Source of the DNA: Candidatus Poribacteria bacterium
Lineage (GTDB): Bacteria; Poribacteria; WGA-4E; PCPOR2b
Assembly: GCA_965222435.1 (NCBI GenBank)
Contig: OZ244950.1
Span: 5,547,983-5,611,982, forward strand
Direction: 5' to 3'
Length of the DNA stretch: 64,000 nt
Below, one piece after another: positions 1 to 10,425 of the stretch. The notes beneath the pieces were generated by a model, which had not been told where the DNA came from, did not search any database, and saw nothing but the letters and a program-made list of their open reading frames with translations. Made by a program: the position numbers and the translations under genes. How positions within the stretch are numbered: the first letter of the stretch is position 1; each line of letters starts with the position of its first letter.

Positions 1-237
1 CACTTCATAGTCGCTTGCGATTATACCATCAACCACAATGATAGCCTCCGCCCCAAACTCCGCCTTAGGATTAGGAGAACTGAGAACCAATGCACTATTT
101 TGAATCCTGCCATGTTCGGCACCTTGTACAAACGTCCATCCCTTTAAGTCACCATCGTCAAAATCATCACGAAATATCTCTGCCCTTACTGATGACACCA
201 ACAACGTAAGTATCAACATAACCATTGTATGCTTCAT
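1..237 (-). CDS. Secreted hypothetical protein, N-terminal part only. The gene continues past the left edge of the window.
   Basis: Manual translation of the minus strand from the ATG at 237 gives MKHTMVMLILTLLVSSVRAEIFRDDFDDGDLKGWTFVQG..., a signal peptide followed by a jellyroll/LamG-like beginning. The frame stays open to position 1. Confidence 0.4.
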   Translation of the reverse strand, partial: MKHTMVMLILTLLVSSVRAEIFRDDFDDGDLKGWTFVQGAEHGRIQNSALVLSSPNPKAEFGAEAIIVVDGIIASDYEV

Positions 238-641
238 GAGGTATCATCTTCCTTCTCTGCTGTAAGTCAATTCGGAGTTTTCATCTAAATTCAACTCTTA
301 TGACTCTCATGGAAATGCTTTTCACATGTCGCTCGAATTCATAAGACCAATCATTACAAATTGCATCCTCTATGTCCTCAATGAATCTCTTACAGCGTAT
401 GAGTTGATTAACATCATGGTTCAGATTCATTCCTCCCCAATTCTTACTAAGGCACAATTCTGAGATTTTTCCTAGCACTTTTTTGTGTTGAACCAAAGAA
501 TTATATCAATTGTTACCCTTTGTCCACATTCAGACCTCAAAGTTTCAACCAGAAGGCAAAAAAAACGCCCCTAAATGTATAAACGTGGGCGTAGTAATAC
601 AGATTACTATATTCAACTTAGACGCAATTTTAAGTGTGTAA

Positions 642-2066
642 TCAGGACACCGGAGGTCGGTGCTGTATCCACGGCTGTGCCCGCTCAAATGCCGCCGAGG
701 CAGCCAACACTGTCTCCTCGTCCCCCTTCCTCCCCACGATATGAAGACCTATGGGCAGACCGTCAGACGAGAAACCCGCGGGCACAGTAGCAGCAGGGTG
801 TCCGATTACATTAATCGGTAATGTAAACGCGCCGTTCCAGTACTGATCCGGGAAGATTCTGTCAGGCGACCACTTGCCGGGATACTCGCCATTGGGGAAG
901 GCAGGAAAACACGATGTCGGCGAAAGTAACAGGTCGTATTCCTCAAAGAGGTCGGTCATACGTGCTTTCAAGAGGTCAATCTGACCGAGCGCTCTAGCGT
1001 ACTCAGCCACAGTGACCTTCGCACCGTATTCAAGGAGGAATCTGGCAAACTCGGTCATCTGATCGCCATAGGTTTCCAGATACCTACCTTGGCTGGTATA
1101 CGAATCCGCCGCTATAATGGCACCAAAAGTGTCATAGGGCGGATCCATCGCTAAGTCGGATTCCTCAACGTGGCAACCGAGTTCCCCAAACAACTGCGCT
1201 GCCCTTGAGGTTACGCCCAAAACATCGGGATCCACGTCAGCAAAGCCGAAGTCTGGGCTCCAAGCGATGCGCAGCCCCTGGATCTCCATGTCTACTGCGG
1301 TGATGAAATCGGGTGGCACTTCCCGGAGAGAGGTGGGGTCTCTGCGATCGTGCCCGGCAAGTATTTGGAGCAGCAACGCCGAGTCCCGCACGGTGCGGCT
1401 AAGGGGACCGTTCTGGGAGAACATGTAAGGCATCGCGGGCCCCTGTAAACCGGTGTAGCCGGAGACTCGACCTTGCGTAGGTTTGATGCCATAAACGCCG
1501 CATAAGTTGGCGGGTATACGGATGGAACCGCCACCATCGCTGCCGGTGGCAAAAGGACACAGGTACGCTGCTACCGCTGCCGCTGCACCACCGCTGGACC
1601 CTCCCGGCGTGCGATTGGTGTTCCAAGGATTGCAGCCGGGGATGCCCAGGCTGTTCTCACAGGTGCCAACCATGCCGAACTCCGGAACATTGGTCTTGCC
1701 CATGATAATACCCCCAGCTTCCCGCACCCGCTCCACCACCGCTGAATCCCGCTCCGGTATCCGGTCCTTGTAGATCGCCGAACCCGACGTCGTCCGTATC
1801 CCCTTGGTCATTTGGGTGTCCTTGATGGGGATGGGCAGTCCGTGTAGAGCCCCCAATTCGTCGCCACGAACAACTGCTGCCTCGGCAGCCTTTGCAGTCT
1901 CCATCGCTTCGTCGTGGGTCAGGAGCAGGAATGCGTTTAGCTGTGAGTCCAATCTATCAATGCGGTCAAAGTACAGTTCGGTCAGTTCCACCGGAGAGAT
2001 CTGTTTTGTTGAGATCAACTTCAAAAGATTGGTCGCTGAGGCGAAAGCCAATTCGTTGTCTGCCAT
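642..2066 (-). CDS. Amidase (amidase-signature family; GatA-like)
   Basis: 474 aa protein with the canonical AS-family signature GGSSGGAAAAVAAYLCPFATGSDGGGSIRIPA and a catalytic Ser-cisSer-Lys context. Confidence 0.85.
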   Translation of the reverse strand: MADNELAFASATNLLKLISTKQISPVELTELYFDRIDRLDSQLNAFLLLTHDEAMETAKAAEAAVVRGDELGALHGLPIPIKDTQMTKGIRTTSGSAIYKDRIPERDSAVVERVREAGGIIMGKTNVPEFGMVGTCENSLGIPGCNPWNTNRTPGGSSGGAAAAVAAYLCPFATGSDGGGSIRIPANLCGVYGIKPTQGRVSGYTGLQGPAMPYMFSQNGPLSRTVRDSALLLQILAGHDRRDPTSLREVPPDFITAVDMEIQGLRIAWSPDFGFADVDPDVLGVTSRAAQLFGELGCHVEESDLAMDPPYDTFGAIIAADSYTSQGRYLETYGDQMTEFARFLLEYGAKVTVAEYARALGQIDLLKARMTDLFEEYDLLLSPTSCFPAFPNGEYPGKWSPDRIFPDQYWNGAFTLPINVIGHPAATVPAGFSSDGLPIGLHIVGRKGDEETVLAASAAFERAQPWIQHRPPVS

Positions 2067-2158
2067 GATATCTCCTTTCTATGTACGGTAAGTAGTCAGA
2101 GATTTTTAAGCCGATAGATCGCAGAGGCAAAAATATCCTACCAATGATGACCAACTAT

Positions 2159-3676
2159 TTACCTAATGAGACGACTCTGAAATAGCACCTCGTTTCCTGG
2201 CATGATGTAGTGTACCCCGTTTGTAGCTGCAGGCGCACGCCGCTGGAATTCTTCAAAAACTCCACGACCACTGCCCGGAGAAAGTGAATGCCCACCCGTC
2301 CGCGCAATGCCCCCGATGACGTTGACTTGTGCACCAGCGCGGCGGCAGACTTCGACCGCCTTTGTATATGTATATCTTGTTTCTGGCCCACTACTGGAGG
2401 GTTCATCAGTAACGACAAAAAGTACGAGTTTTCGATCGTCAGGCGTTCGGAGTTTGGGTACACCCTCCATAATTGCATCTAACAGATGCTCATCACCCTG
2501 CCTAGGTCTTTGAAACAGTTTCTTGACCTGTTCAGCACTTAATGGTGGTCGCGTTATCGTCATTGAACTTTCGCCGCCTCCCGACCGCGCCCAGAACCGA
2601 ATCATTCCAAATCGATAATCTAGCCCCTCGCTATCTAGAATCCCAACCAATGTATCCAGTCCCGTACAGATCTCGCTCACTTCTTCATCCATACTCAAAC
2701 TAGAGTCATAAACAAATACTATATCGGCCGGTTGTTTCACTGTCTCAGCGATATGTTGAGCGATGCGTCTGAAAATCCCGTCAATTTTGAGCACAGACTT
2801 ATCCACCATAGGCGCACGACTAATCCTACGTTGATATTTGTCAATAGCGTACCATTTCCCGTCGGTCAAGTCGGTTAATTGCATCTGTATCTCTTCGCTG
2901 GTTCCGATGATGTTAATCCGAATCTTATCGTGCTTACACCAATCCAGAATCTTCCCGATAACCTGATTGCTGTCATCTCCTTCCCCCCAAGACGTCTTTA
3001 GTTGTGAATCTGTCACAACAACAAGGTGCTTTTCGGCATCCGACCGGAACTGTAACTCTTCAAGCCCTTTCATAATAGCGTCCAGCCCGTGTCCGGCGAC
3101 ACTGCCCTTAAATCTCGGTGGTGACACCTTACGAAAGTTTTCTTCAATCTCAGCCAACCCACGCTGCAACGGTTTGACCGTGATTCGTGATGTTTTACCG
3201 GCATTTTGAAACCAAACGAGCCCAACCTGATAATCGACCACCGCCTCTTCAAAGGCACTGACCATATCAGCAATCCGTGCTTCGACAATTCTACCTGGTC
3301 CCTTCATCTCTATGCTTCCATCAACAACAAATACCAAGTCAACCATCTGGTTCGTGCTTTGACGACTTGCGCGTTGGGCAATTTCCACGAGACTTTTCCC
3401 AATATCAACCGTTATTTCTTCCTTTTTCTTTAAGGCGCCTGGACTGATCATCAATCCTCTTTTTCGACGGGGAGGTCGTACCTCCGCTTGTGTGATTATC
3501 TCCAAGCCATCAAGGCAGATCCAAGCTACCAATATCATCAACGCAATTCGCCACTTCCAAATGTGATGTTTAGGTGATTTCATCAATTCCCTCCATCTAT
3601 GCGATATATAGCGCGAAACAACAAACTCAATAATGAACCCATCCGGTATCTTAGATGCCTGTGGTCTGCTTTTCAA
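2159..3676 (-). CDS. Membrane-anchored von Willebrand factor type A (VWA) domain protein
   Basis: N-terminal TM segment. Repeated VWA/MIDAS-like cores are visible (VFVVDGSIEM, IVFVYDSSLSMDEE, LVLFVVTDEPSSSG). The true start may be the internal Met near 3583. Confidence 0.75.
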   Translation of the reverse strand: MKSRPQASKIPDGFIIEFVVSRYISHRWRELMKSPKHHIWKWRIALMILVAWICLDGLEIITQAEVRPPRRKRGLMISPGALKKKEEITVDIGKSLVEIAQRASRQSTNQMVDLVFVVDGSIEMKGPGRIVEARIADMVSAFEEAVVDYQVGLVWFQNAGKTSRITVKPLQRGLAEIEENFRKVSPPRFKGSVAGHGLDAIMKGLEELQFRSDAEKHLVVVTDSQLKTSWGEGDDSNQVIGKILDWCKHDKIRINIIGTSEEIQMQLTDLTDGKWYAIDKYQRRISRAPMVDKSVLKIDGIFRRIAQHIAETVKQPADIVFVYDSSLSMDEEVSEICTGLDTLVGILDSEGLDYRFGMIRFWARSGGGESSMTITRPPLSAEQVKKLFQRPRQGDEHLLDAIMEGVPKLRTPDDRKLVLFVVTDEPSSSGPETRYTYTKAVEVCRRAGAQVNVIGGIARTGGHSLSPGSGRGVFEEFQRRAPAATNGVHYIMPGNEVLFQSRLIR

Positions 3677-3712
3677 TCTTTTTCCTTACGGACCGAAAAC
3701 CAAAAATAAGGC

Positions 3713-3740
3713 TTGTTTTGTTGTGCTGATATGCTATAAT
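3713..3740 (+). promoter_or_regulatory. Candidate sigma70 promoter for the 3784 gene (-35 TTGTTT, 16 nt spacer, -10 TATAAT)
   Basis: TTGTTT at 3713-3718 and TATAAT at 3735-3740, about 45 nt upstream of the ATG at 3784 in a divergent intergenic region. Confidence 0.35.
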
Positions 3741-3783
3741 TTACTCTTCATCCAATCTCCGATCAGGAGCATTTGAGTACACA

Positions 3784-5346
3784 ATGAATTACAGAGATCT
3801 TCTTAAGAACGCCTCCAAAGCATATTGTCAACGAGTCGCACGCCGGATAGGATTAACGGATCGACTCCCCGCATCAAAGCTGCGCCAGCAAATTGTTGAC
3901 AGATTTCTTAAGCCAGCATCCTTGAAAGACTCCGTGGCGCGTCTTAACTCTTACGAGCGTTTAGTGCTGATGGTCCTTGCCTTCTCCTGTGGGGAAAGGG
4001 GAGTTCCGTTCCATCTATTCAATCGGAAGGTCAATCAAATGAGCCGCGGTTGGTCTAGCAAAGGCACTGAAATTCTGCATACACTTGCCGAATCAGGTTT
4101 TACCTTCACATTCGCAGCAAGCAGCATGCAATATCACTATATCGTCCCGGCTGACCTGCGTTTGCTACTACAAGAAATTTTCGCGAAGGATATGAGCGCA
4201 GTCCTTAGGCATCCCAAAGAAACGCCCAAGAATATTCGTAATGACAGTTTGGCACTGGTCCGGGATACTTTTACCTTCCTCTGCTTTGCCGCCCAATATG
4301 GAATACGGCAGACACAACAAGGCAGCATCTACAAGCACACACAGAAACACCTTCTCAGACGTTTTGAAGTGCCGAACGACACACTAAAGGTCTACGACCG
4401 GATCAATCCAGCGGTGGAAAATCCGGATCGTTTAGCTTTAATCTTTCATTTTTGCCGGCACCAAAAACTTATTCGTCGACAGGATTCTGACCTAGTATGC
4501 AGTGAAGCTGGCAAGGAATGGATCCAAAAAACCGATCCGGAAAAACTCTTAGATATATACAACCACTGGCTGGAACACGGCATATCGAAAGATCCATTAG
4601 TGTCAATTGCACAATCCATTGTGCGCATTCTCCCCCTAGAACAGTGGATACTGCTTTCCTCGATTCAAGAGCAGATCTCCAAATTCGCAGTGAGTGCCAC
4701 TTGGATGCAAACACTTTATTCCCAGCTTGAACGTTCCTTGGTTAACCACCTAACCTATATGGGAGGGATTACATTTGCCCATCTGGGGGATGATGTTGCG
4801 ATTCGGATCACAGATATTGGACGGCACCTTTTCTATAGCGAACCGATTGAAAGTTACAAGTTTGAGTCATCGTTTATCGTTCAACCCAATCACGAAGTGC
4901 TTGCCTCAAGTTATCTAGCACCCGAACTCCGCTGGAAACTCAATCATATTGCAGAACTCTATCAAGCAGATCAGATGTCCACCTATAAACTCTCCACCGA
5001 ATCAATTTACAACGGCTTGCGTTCGGGCTTCTCCCTTGACGAAATCTTGGTATTTTTGAAAACTCATTCCAAAACGGGTATTCCGCAAAACGTTGAGGTA
5101 TCAATCAAAGATTGGGCAGAACGGTATGGTCAGATTTATTTAATGGACGTGATGCTGCTACGCTGCAAAAACGTACATATCGCCCAAGAAATCAGAACCT
5201 CCAAACAGATTGGGAAGTATATTCTCGGCGAGATTTCTCCAACGGATTTCGTGGTGTCACGCCAGCAATCTCAGGAACTCCTCGCACTCCTTGAAAAACA
5301 GAACCATATGCCATTGCCGGAGGTCGTTACTCTTGAGAAAGAATAG
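3784..5346 (+). CDS. Hypothetical protein (520 aa) with no recognisable catalytic motifs. Its N-terminal half weakly resembles the damage-recognition/N-terminal domains found on XPB-type helicases, but no helicase motifs are present.
   Basis: Long clean ORF transcribed divergently from the VWA gene. No Walker A or DEAD motifs were seen. Composition and codon usage match neighbouring genes. Confidence 0.55.
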   Translation: MNYRDLLKNASKAYCQRVARRIGLTDRLPASKLRQQIVDRFLKPASLKDSVARLNSYERLVLMVLAFSCGERGVPFHLFNRKVNQMSRGWSSKGTEILHTLAESGFTFTFAASSMQYHYIVPADLRLLLQEIFAKDMSAVLRHPKETPKNIRNDSLALVRDTFTFLCFAAQYGIRQTQQGSIYKHTQKHLLRRFEVPNDTLKVYDRINPAVENPDRLALIFHFCRHQKLIRRQDSDLVCSEAGKEWIQKTDPEKLLDIYNHWLEHGISKDPLVSIAQSIVRILPLEQWILLSSIQEQISKFAVSATWMQTLYSQLERSLVNHLTYMGGITFAHLGDDVAIRITDIGRHLFYSEPIESYKFESSFIVQPNHEVLASSYLAPELRWKLNHIAELYQADQMSTYKLSTESIYNGLRSGFSLDEILVFLKTHSKTGIPQNVEVSIKDWAERYGQIYLMDVMLLRCKNVHIAQEIRTSKQIGKYILGEISPTDFVVSRQQSQELLALLEKQNHMPLPEVVTLEKE

Positions 5347-5700
5347 GATTACACACACAAAAAGGAAATAACAAATGAATAGAAAGATAGAAGTTACGCA
5401 CTACTACACTGACGAATAAAGTCGAGCAGTACTGCCAATTTTTTCTATCAGCGTTGGCAGCAAAAGCGGAATCAACTAACAGCAAAGCTACGTCACGCGA
5501 GGACAGGCTCTGCTCTGGTCCATCGGAGCCCGCCGCGTTTGTCTGATCTGCCCCAATAAAATTGGTCTAGATCTTTTAGTGCTTCACCGGCTGCCTTGAC
5601 GCTTCATTGGGGCTGCTAGCTTTGTGAGTATTATGAACTCAACTACGTTCTTAGCTTATCATATTTATAACCAAGTCTCAATAAAATAAGGCGGAGCGTT

Positions 5701-6999
5701 ATGCTTAATAACAGCATTATCAGCAATGCTAAAAGGCTAATGTCTGGCAACATCATGGTCTTTTCTATCACCGGGCTGCTGGGTAACTTTGCCCGTGCGA
5801 TGGTTTTTCCTTACGCATCGCTGTATGTCCTTGCCCTCGGTGGGAATGCCAAAACTGTAGGCTGGGTAAACTTTCTCAGACCACTGGCTGGGTTGATTGC
5901 ATTTCCCATCGCCGGCCATCTCACCGACCGCACCAACCGGGTAAAACTCATCGTGCTGAGTAGCTACCTCTCGGTCGCCTTCGTCCTAATATATGTCCTT
6001 GCATTCAGATGGCAAGTAGTTGCTATCGCTTCACTTATGAGTGGTTTGGTGGTTTTGGGGTTTCCACCCCGGTCTGCACTGATCGCCGACTCGCTGTCAC
6101 CAGAAGACCGTGGACAAGGCATTGCAACGATGAATACCATTTCGAGTGGTCTCTCCATCTTCGCGCCTTACATTGCTGGTATCGTTGTAGAGTTTTCTGG
6201 TCCAAATACCGGTGTCCGGACACTGTATGGAGCGATGCTGGTGTTATATCTAGCTTCCACCATTATATATGTCCGCTTTCTCAAAGAATCTAGACCGAAA
6301 TCCCATACTCGCCTGACAGCTTCTTCCCTCCCAAGATTGATTATCGAAGTGTATGGCGGAATTCCCACACTGTTGCGGGGGTTACCCTCCTCTCTGAAGG
6401 CACTGACGGGCGTCATCATCCTCGGCTTTATGGCGAATGGAGTAGCGAGTCCCTTCTGGGTGGTCTACGCTATAGAACAGATTGGACTATCTTCATCGCG
6501 GTGGGGGCTGATCTTGCTCTGTGAGGCAGCGTTGCGACTCTTGATACTTATTCCAGCAGGCGTTGCCGTTGATCGTTGGGGCAGGACGACCTCACTGTTG
6601 ACAGCCCTGCTCCTCTCGACTGTGGCAATGCCACTTTTCATTCTTGCTAAAGATTTCACCGCTGTTCTTCTGATACGGTTGGTGATTGCAGTGGCATCTG
6701 CCATTACTATCCCTGCGTGCAGTGCACTGATGGCGGACATCGCGCCACGAGAGATTCGGGGACGAGTGATGGCAGCACTAGGACAAGGCGGAGTCATGAT
6801 TGGTGCCGCAGGGGGTGGAACTGGTGGACCTGGTACCGGCTTTATCATTACCCTGCCCTTAATGATAGCGTCTCTTGCGGGAGGTTACCTCTACGCTCAA
6901 AAACCCAGCTACCCTTGGCTCTTTGTCCTTATCACCTCGACGCTCGCGACCCTCCTGACCGCGCTTTTCATCCGTGACCCGAAGCAGGCAGAAATATAA
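5701..6999 (+). CDS. MFS transporter
   Basis: 432 aa protein with about 12 predicted TM helices. It has the MFS motif-A-like GHLTDRTNR loop, and an RBS AAGGCGGAG lies upstream. Confidence 0.85.
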   Translation: MLNNSIISNAKRLMSGNIMVFSITGLLGNFARAMVFPYASLYVLALGGNAKTVGWVNFLRPLAGLIAFPIAGHLTDRTNRVKLIVLSSYLSVAFVLIYVLAFRWQVVAIASLMSGLVVLGFPPRSALIADSLSPEDRGQGIATMNTISSGLSIFAPYIAGIVVEFSGPNTGVRTLYGAMLVLYLASTIIYVRFLKESRPKSHTRLTASSLPRLIIEVYGGIPTLLRGLPSSLKALTGVIILGFMANGVASPFWVVYAIEQIGLSSSRWGLILLCEAALRLLILIPAGVAVDRWGRTTSLLTALLLSTVAMPLFILAKDFTAVLLIRLVIAVASAITIPACSALMADIAPREIRGRVMAALGQGGVMIGAAGGGTGGPGTGFIITLPLMIASLAGGYLYAQKPSYPWLFVLITSTLATLLTALFIRDPKQAEI

Positions 7000-7082
7000 T
7001 CAGAAATATTTACGATAGATTTTTAATTGACCCTTGTGGCGACTGTATCCACCGTTAAACTAGCACTCATCAATCCCCACAA

Positions 7083-7853
7083 TTAGCCATTCGATCCAAC
7101 CCCCGGAACACCCTCCATCATGCTTTGAATTCGCGGTCGATCACTATTTGCAAATGCCGTATTAGGCTTCAGAGCATAGGGTGACCAACGCCGCAAAGAG
7201 ACCATGTGTGCCTCAGTTGTCGGCTTGGCAGCAAATTTCAGAGCGACATAGCGACGACCCGCCCAACCGCCGAACATCCCGTGCCACAGACAATGATTGA
7301 AGAACACGACATCGCCCGGATGCGCTTCAAGAGGAAAGCACGGTAAGTCGGATCCGGAAACCCCGAAGGTACTTGGGCTCGAACCCGCTTTCTGGGCGAT
7401 AAGTGGTCCAAGATCCATGTGGAGAGGCAACCGATGTGAACCGGGAATAACGCGCAGGCAGCCTCGCTCTTTCGTCACTGGATCGAGATAGATCATCACC
7501 TTGATTCGCAGGTAATCAACCTCTGCCACACCTTGTCGATCCGCATGCCACCGGTGCTCGCTGTGAGCGGTAAGGTTCCCTTCAGAGCCAGACCAGATGA
7601 ACTCACCCGGCATCAACTGTTCAATGACCTTATAGATGCGATCGTTCTCCACGAGTTGTGTAAAAAAAGAATTGTGTTCAACGATGGTTGTCGTACTCTG
7701 TTCCTCCCCGGTGAAGGGTTTGCCACCGCGCTCTTCTGTCAGCACTTTATCGAACTCATGAGTAATTTCGCTCATCTCCTCTGGTGGAAAGTACTGCCGC
7801 ATAAAGAGAAAACCGAAAGTGTCAAAATACGATTCCTGCTCCGCTGTTACCAT
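7083..7853 (-). CDS. Phytanoyl-CoA dioxygenase (PhyH) family Fe(II)/2-oxoglutarate oxygenase
   Basis: 256 aa protein. The His/Asp...His facial triad context (HADRQG ... WHGMFGG) is typical of PhyH-like proteins. Confidence 0.75.
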   Translation of the reverse strand: MVTAEQESYFDTFGFLFMRQYFPPEEMSEITHEFDKVLTEERGGKPFTGEEQSTTTIVEHNSFFTQLVENDRIYKVIEQLMPGEFIWSGSEGNLTAHSEHRWHADRQGVAEVDYLRIKVMIYLDPVTKERGCLRVIPGSHRLPLHMDLGPLIAQKAGSSPSTFGVSGSDLPCFPLEAHPGDVVFFNHCLWHGMFGGWAGRRYVALKFAAKPTTEAHMVSLRRWSPYALKPNTAFANSDRPRIQSMMEGVPGVGSNG

Positions 7854-7920
7854 TACGCGCCTCCTTAGTTTTGGTTACTTGCTCATATTAGGAATTGATA
7901 ACCCAATAGGTCAACGCAAA

Positions 7921-9027
7921 CTACCAATCAATTACCGACCCATCATCTGGATCATAGGTCTGACCGTTCTGCCAGTCGTGGTCAATCTTATCTTCCATTG
8001 CATCTTCATCAAGTTCAATCCCCAAGCCGGGACCAGTGGGTAACTCCACGAAGCCATCTTTGAAAACAAACGGGTTCTTGAGGTAACCCTCCCCTAACGT
8101 TGTATGCTCTTGCGCGAGGAAGTTGGGAATCGAGGCATCTAACTGAATGCACGCCGCAAGCGAAATTGGACCCAATGGATTGTGCGGTGCAAGACCTGCA
8201 TAGTATGCCTCCGCCATGCCCGCAATGGTTCGGACTTCGCTGATCCCGCCCGCATGACATAAGTCTGGTTGAAGGATAGAGGCTGCACCCTTCTCCAATA
8301 TTTCACGGAAGCCCCACTTAGTGAAAATCCGTTCGCCAGTAGCAATTGGTAAATGTGTGCCCCGCGCAATTTCTGCCATCACATCCACATTCTGGCATTG
8401 ACACGGTTCCTCAACAAACATCGGCTGGTAAGGTTCCAGCGCACGAATCAGTAGTTTCGCTGTCTGTGGGCTGATTGCGCCGTGGAAGTCAATGCCAATA
8501 TCAATATCAGGTCCAGCGGCTTCGCGCAATTCGGCAAATCGTTCAGCGGCCCGATCTACAAATCCCTTCGATTCAACTAGTCGGGCAGGCCTCCCACCGG
8601 CAACGCCCGTCTTAAACGCCGTGAACCCTTCAGCGATCGACTCTTTGATGGTCTCCGGATCGCCACCGCCTTTGTACAGACGGATACGGTCGCGTGTTGG
8701 ACCACCCAACAACTGGTAGACAGGAACACCTAGCGATTTACCAGCAAGATCCCAGAGAGCTTGATCTACACCGCTCAATGCACTTGTCATGATGGGACCT
8801 CCACGATAGAAGGCGTGGCGATACATTGCCTGCCAGTGGTGGACAACACGCCGTGGATCTTTGCCAATCAGATAGGGCACAAGTTCATCAACAGCTTGTG
8901 CACAGGTCTTGGCGCGTCCTTCGAGGATTGGTTCACCAAGCCCCACCAAACCTTCATCAGTGTGAATTTTCAAAAAGAGCCAACGGGGTTTAACTAAAAA
9001 TGTCTCGACCTTTGTGATTTTCATCAA
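7921..9027 (-). CDS. dgoD: D-galactonate dehydratase (enolase superfamily, MR/MLE family)
   Basis: The N-terminus MMKITKVETFLVKPRWLFLKIHTDEGLVGLGEP closely matches the DgoD N-terminus. The length (368 aa) and the enolase-superfamily metal-ligand region are consistent. Confidence 0.85.
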   Translation of the reverse strand: MMKITKVETFLVKPRWLFLKIHTDEGLVGLGEPILEGRAKTCAQAVDELVPYLIGKDPRRVVHHWQAMYRHAFYRGGPIMTSALSGVDQALWDLAGKSLGVPVYQLLGGPTRDRIRLYKGGGDPETIKESIAEGFTAFKTGVAGGRPARLVESKGFVDRAAERFAELREAAGPDIDIGIDFHGAISPQTAKLLIRALEPYQPMFVEEPCQCQNVDVMAEIARGTHLPIATGERIFTKWGFREILEKGAASILQPDLCHAGGISEVRTIAGMAEAYYAGLAPHNPLGPISLAACIQLDASIPNFLAQEHTTLGEGYLKNPFVFKDGFVELPTGPGLGIELDEDAMEDKIDHDWQNGQTYDPDDGSVIDW

Positions 9028-9140
9028 AATCTTCGCAGTGGAAACCCCATGCTTCAGCGTGGGGAGGAAACTGCGCCTCTTTTTTTGTTGTTTTTGTAAT
9101 CTACCTTACACTTTTTAGGTAGATTTGTGGTAAAATAACA

Positions 9141-9170
9141 CTCGTAACTCGATGACTCGTAACTCGATGA
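9141..9170. repeat. Tandem 15 nt direct repeat (CTCGTAACTCGATGA x2) inside the 570 nt dgoD-tatD intergenic region
   Basis: An exact tandem duplication is seen in the sequence. The surrounding intergenic region is rich in short hairpins. Confidence 0.6.
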
Positions 9171-9597
9171 CTTAGGTTAAACGCTCGATTAACACTGCCC
9201 TCTCACTTCTGAGGCTCACTAGTGAACCGCGTGAAAGGCAGTTTGTCTGAGGTTTCACCCGGGTGTTGAAGCGATGCTATCACCGATACGTCGTGAATAT
9301 ACCTAAACGGTTGCTTCGACCGTGCGGTGGTGGGTGTGTAAAGTTACGAGCTAGAGCCGCATAGCCATACTATCTTTTATCCCGACAAGATCGGGAGAGA
9401 TAGTGTCGCGGGTAAGATAATTGCCCAAGCGTAAGTCCCGTTGGACAGGCTACAAGTTTCTTAATCCCGACTTGTCGGGGCCCCGTCCTTCAGGGCGGGG
9501 TAGTTGACTAATAACTCCCCTCTAAAACATCTGATATGAATTAAACCTACAATAACACCTACGTTTTGAGAAACTCATACCGTGCGTTAAGTTGAAC

Positions 9598-10362
9598 TCA
9601 TGGCGTGATAAACAACCCTTCAAAATTTCGTGTCGTTATCTCACCAATTTCTTCCAACGAAATGCCGCGCAATTCGGCAATCTTCTCTGCTGTTGCGCGA
9701 ACATACGCCGGCTCGTTGCGTTTCCCGCGTCGAAATTGTGGTGCTAGCCACGGACAATCCGTTTCCACCAATAACGCGTCCGCAGGGATTTTTTGCGCGA
9801 CCTCCTGCAAGGCGTCTGACTTGCGATAAGTCACCGGACCACCGATGCCAATGTGAAATCCGAGAGCGAGACTCTGGCGCATAATCTCAACATCACCCGA
9901 AAAACAGTGCATCACACCACGAACCCTGCCGCGCCGTGCCTGCAAAATCGGGAGGATGTCGTGATAGGCTTCACGGTTATGGATCACAATCGGGAGGTCC
10001 AACTCCTCCGCCAGATCTAACTGACGCTCAAACGCCGCCTTCTGAATCGGACGGGGTGAGAGGTTGCGGTAGTAATCCAAACCCATCTCGCCGAGTGCCA
10101 CCACTTTCGGGTGTGCAGCGAGTTCACCAAAGATGTGTATAGTTTCGTCATGCAAATCTTTCGCATCATGTGGATGCATACCGACAGTCGCGTAAATCTG
10201 ATCATATTTCTCCGCGAGCGCAATTGCCCCACGGCTGGTCTCCAGATCAAATCCGATGACCATAATTGCGTGCACCCCGGCTTCTTGAGCCTGTTCTAAA
10301 ACAGCTCCCCGATCTGCATCAAATTTTTCCAATTGAATGTGGGCGTGCGAGTCTATGAGCAT
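9598..10362 (-). CDS. tatD: TatD family metal-dependent hydrolase/DNase
   Basis: Starts MLIDSHAHIQ with the HxH motif, is 254 aa long, and has the conserved His/Glu/Asp ligands of the TatD family (GEMGLDYY, VIHNRE, HCFSGD). Confidence 0.9.
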   Translation of the reverse strand: MLIDSHAHIQLEKFDADRGAVLEQAQEAGVHAIMVIGFDLETSRGAIALAEKYDQIYATVGMHPHDAKDLHDETIHIFGELAAHPKVVALGEMGLDYYRNLSPRPIQKAAFERQLDLAEELDLPIVIHNREAYHDILPILQARRGRVRGVMHCFSGDVEIMRQSLALGFHIGIGGPVTYRKSDALQEVAQKIPADALLVETDCPWLAPQFRRGKRNEPAYVRATAEKIAELRGISLEEIGEITTRNFEGLFITP

Positions 10363-10425
10363 GAGAAACTGTCCAATTTTTTCATCTTAATCCGGATTAC
10401 AAGATTTAGGAATCAGGCATTTGTC

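Noticed and set aside
281-496. A 71 aa minus-strand ORF between the partial secreted gene and the amidase gene
   Set aside because: It has no RBS, no motif and atypical composition. The region is more likely intergenic or promoter DNA.
9141-9170. Tandem 15 nt repeat as a CRISPR or minisatellite
   Set aside because: There are only two units and no spacers, so it is too small to be an array.
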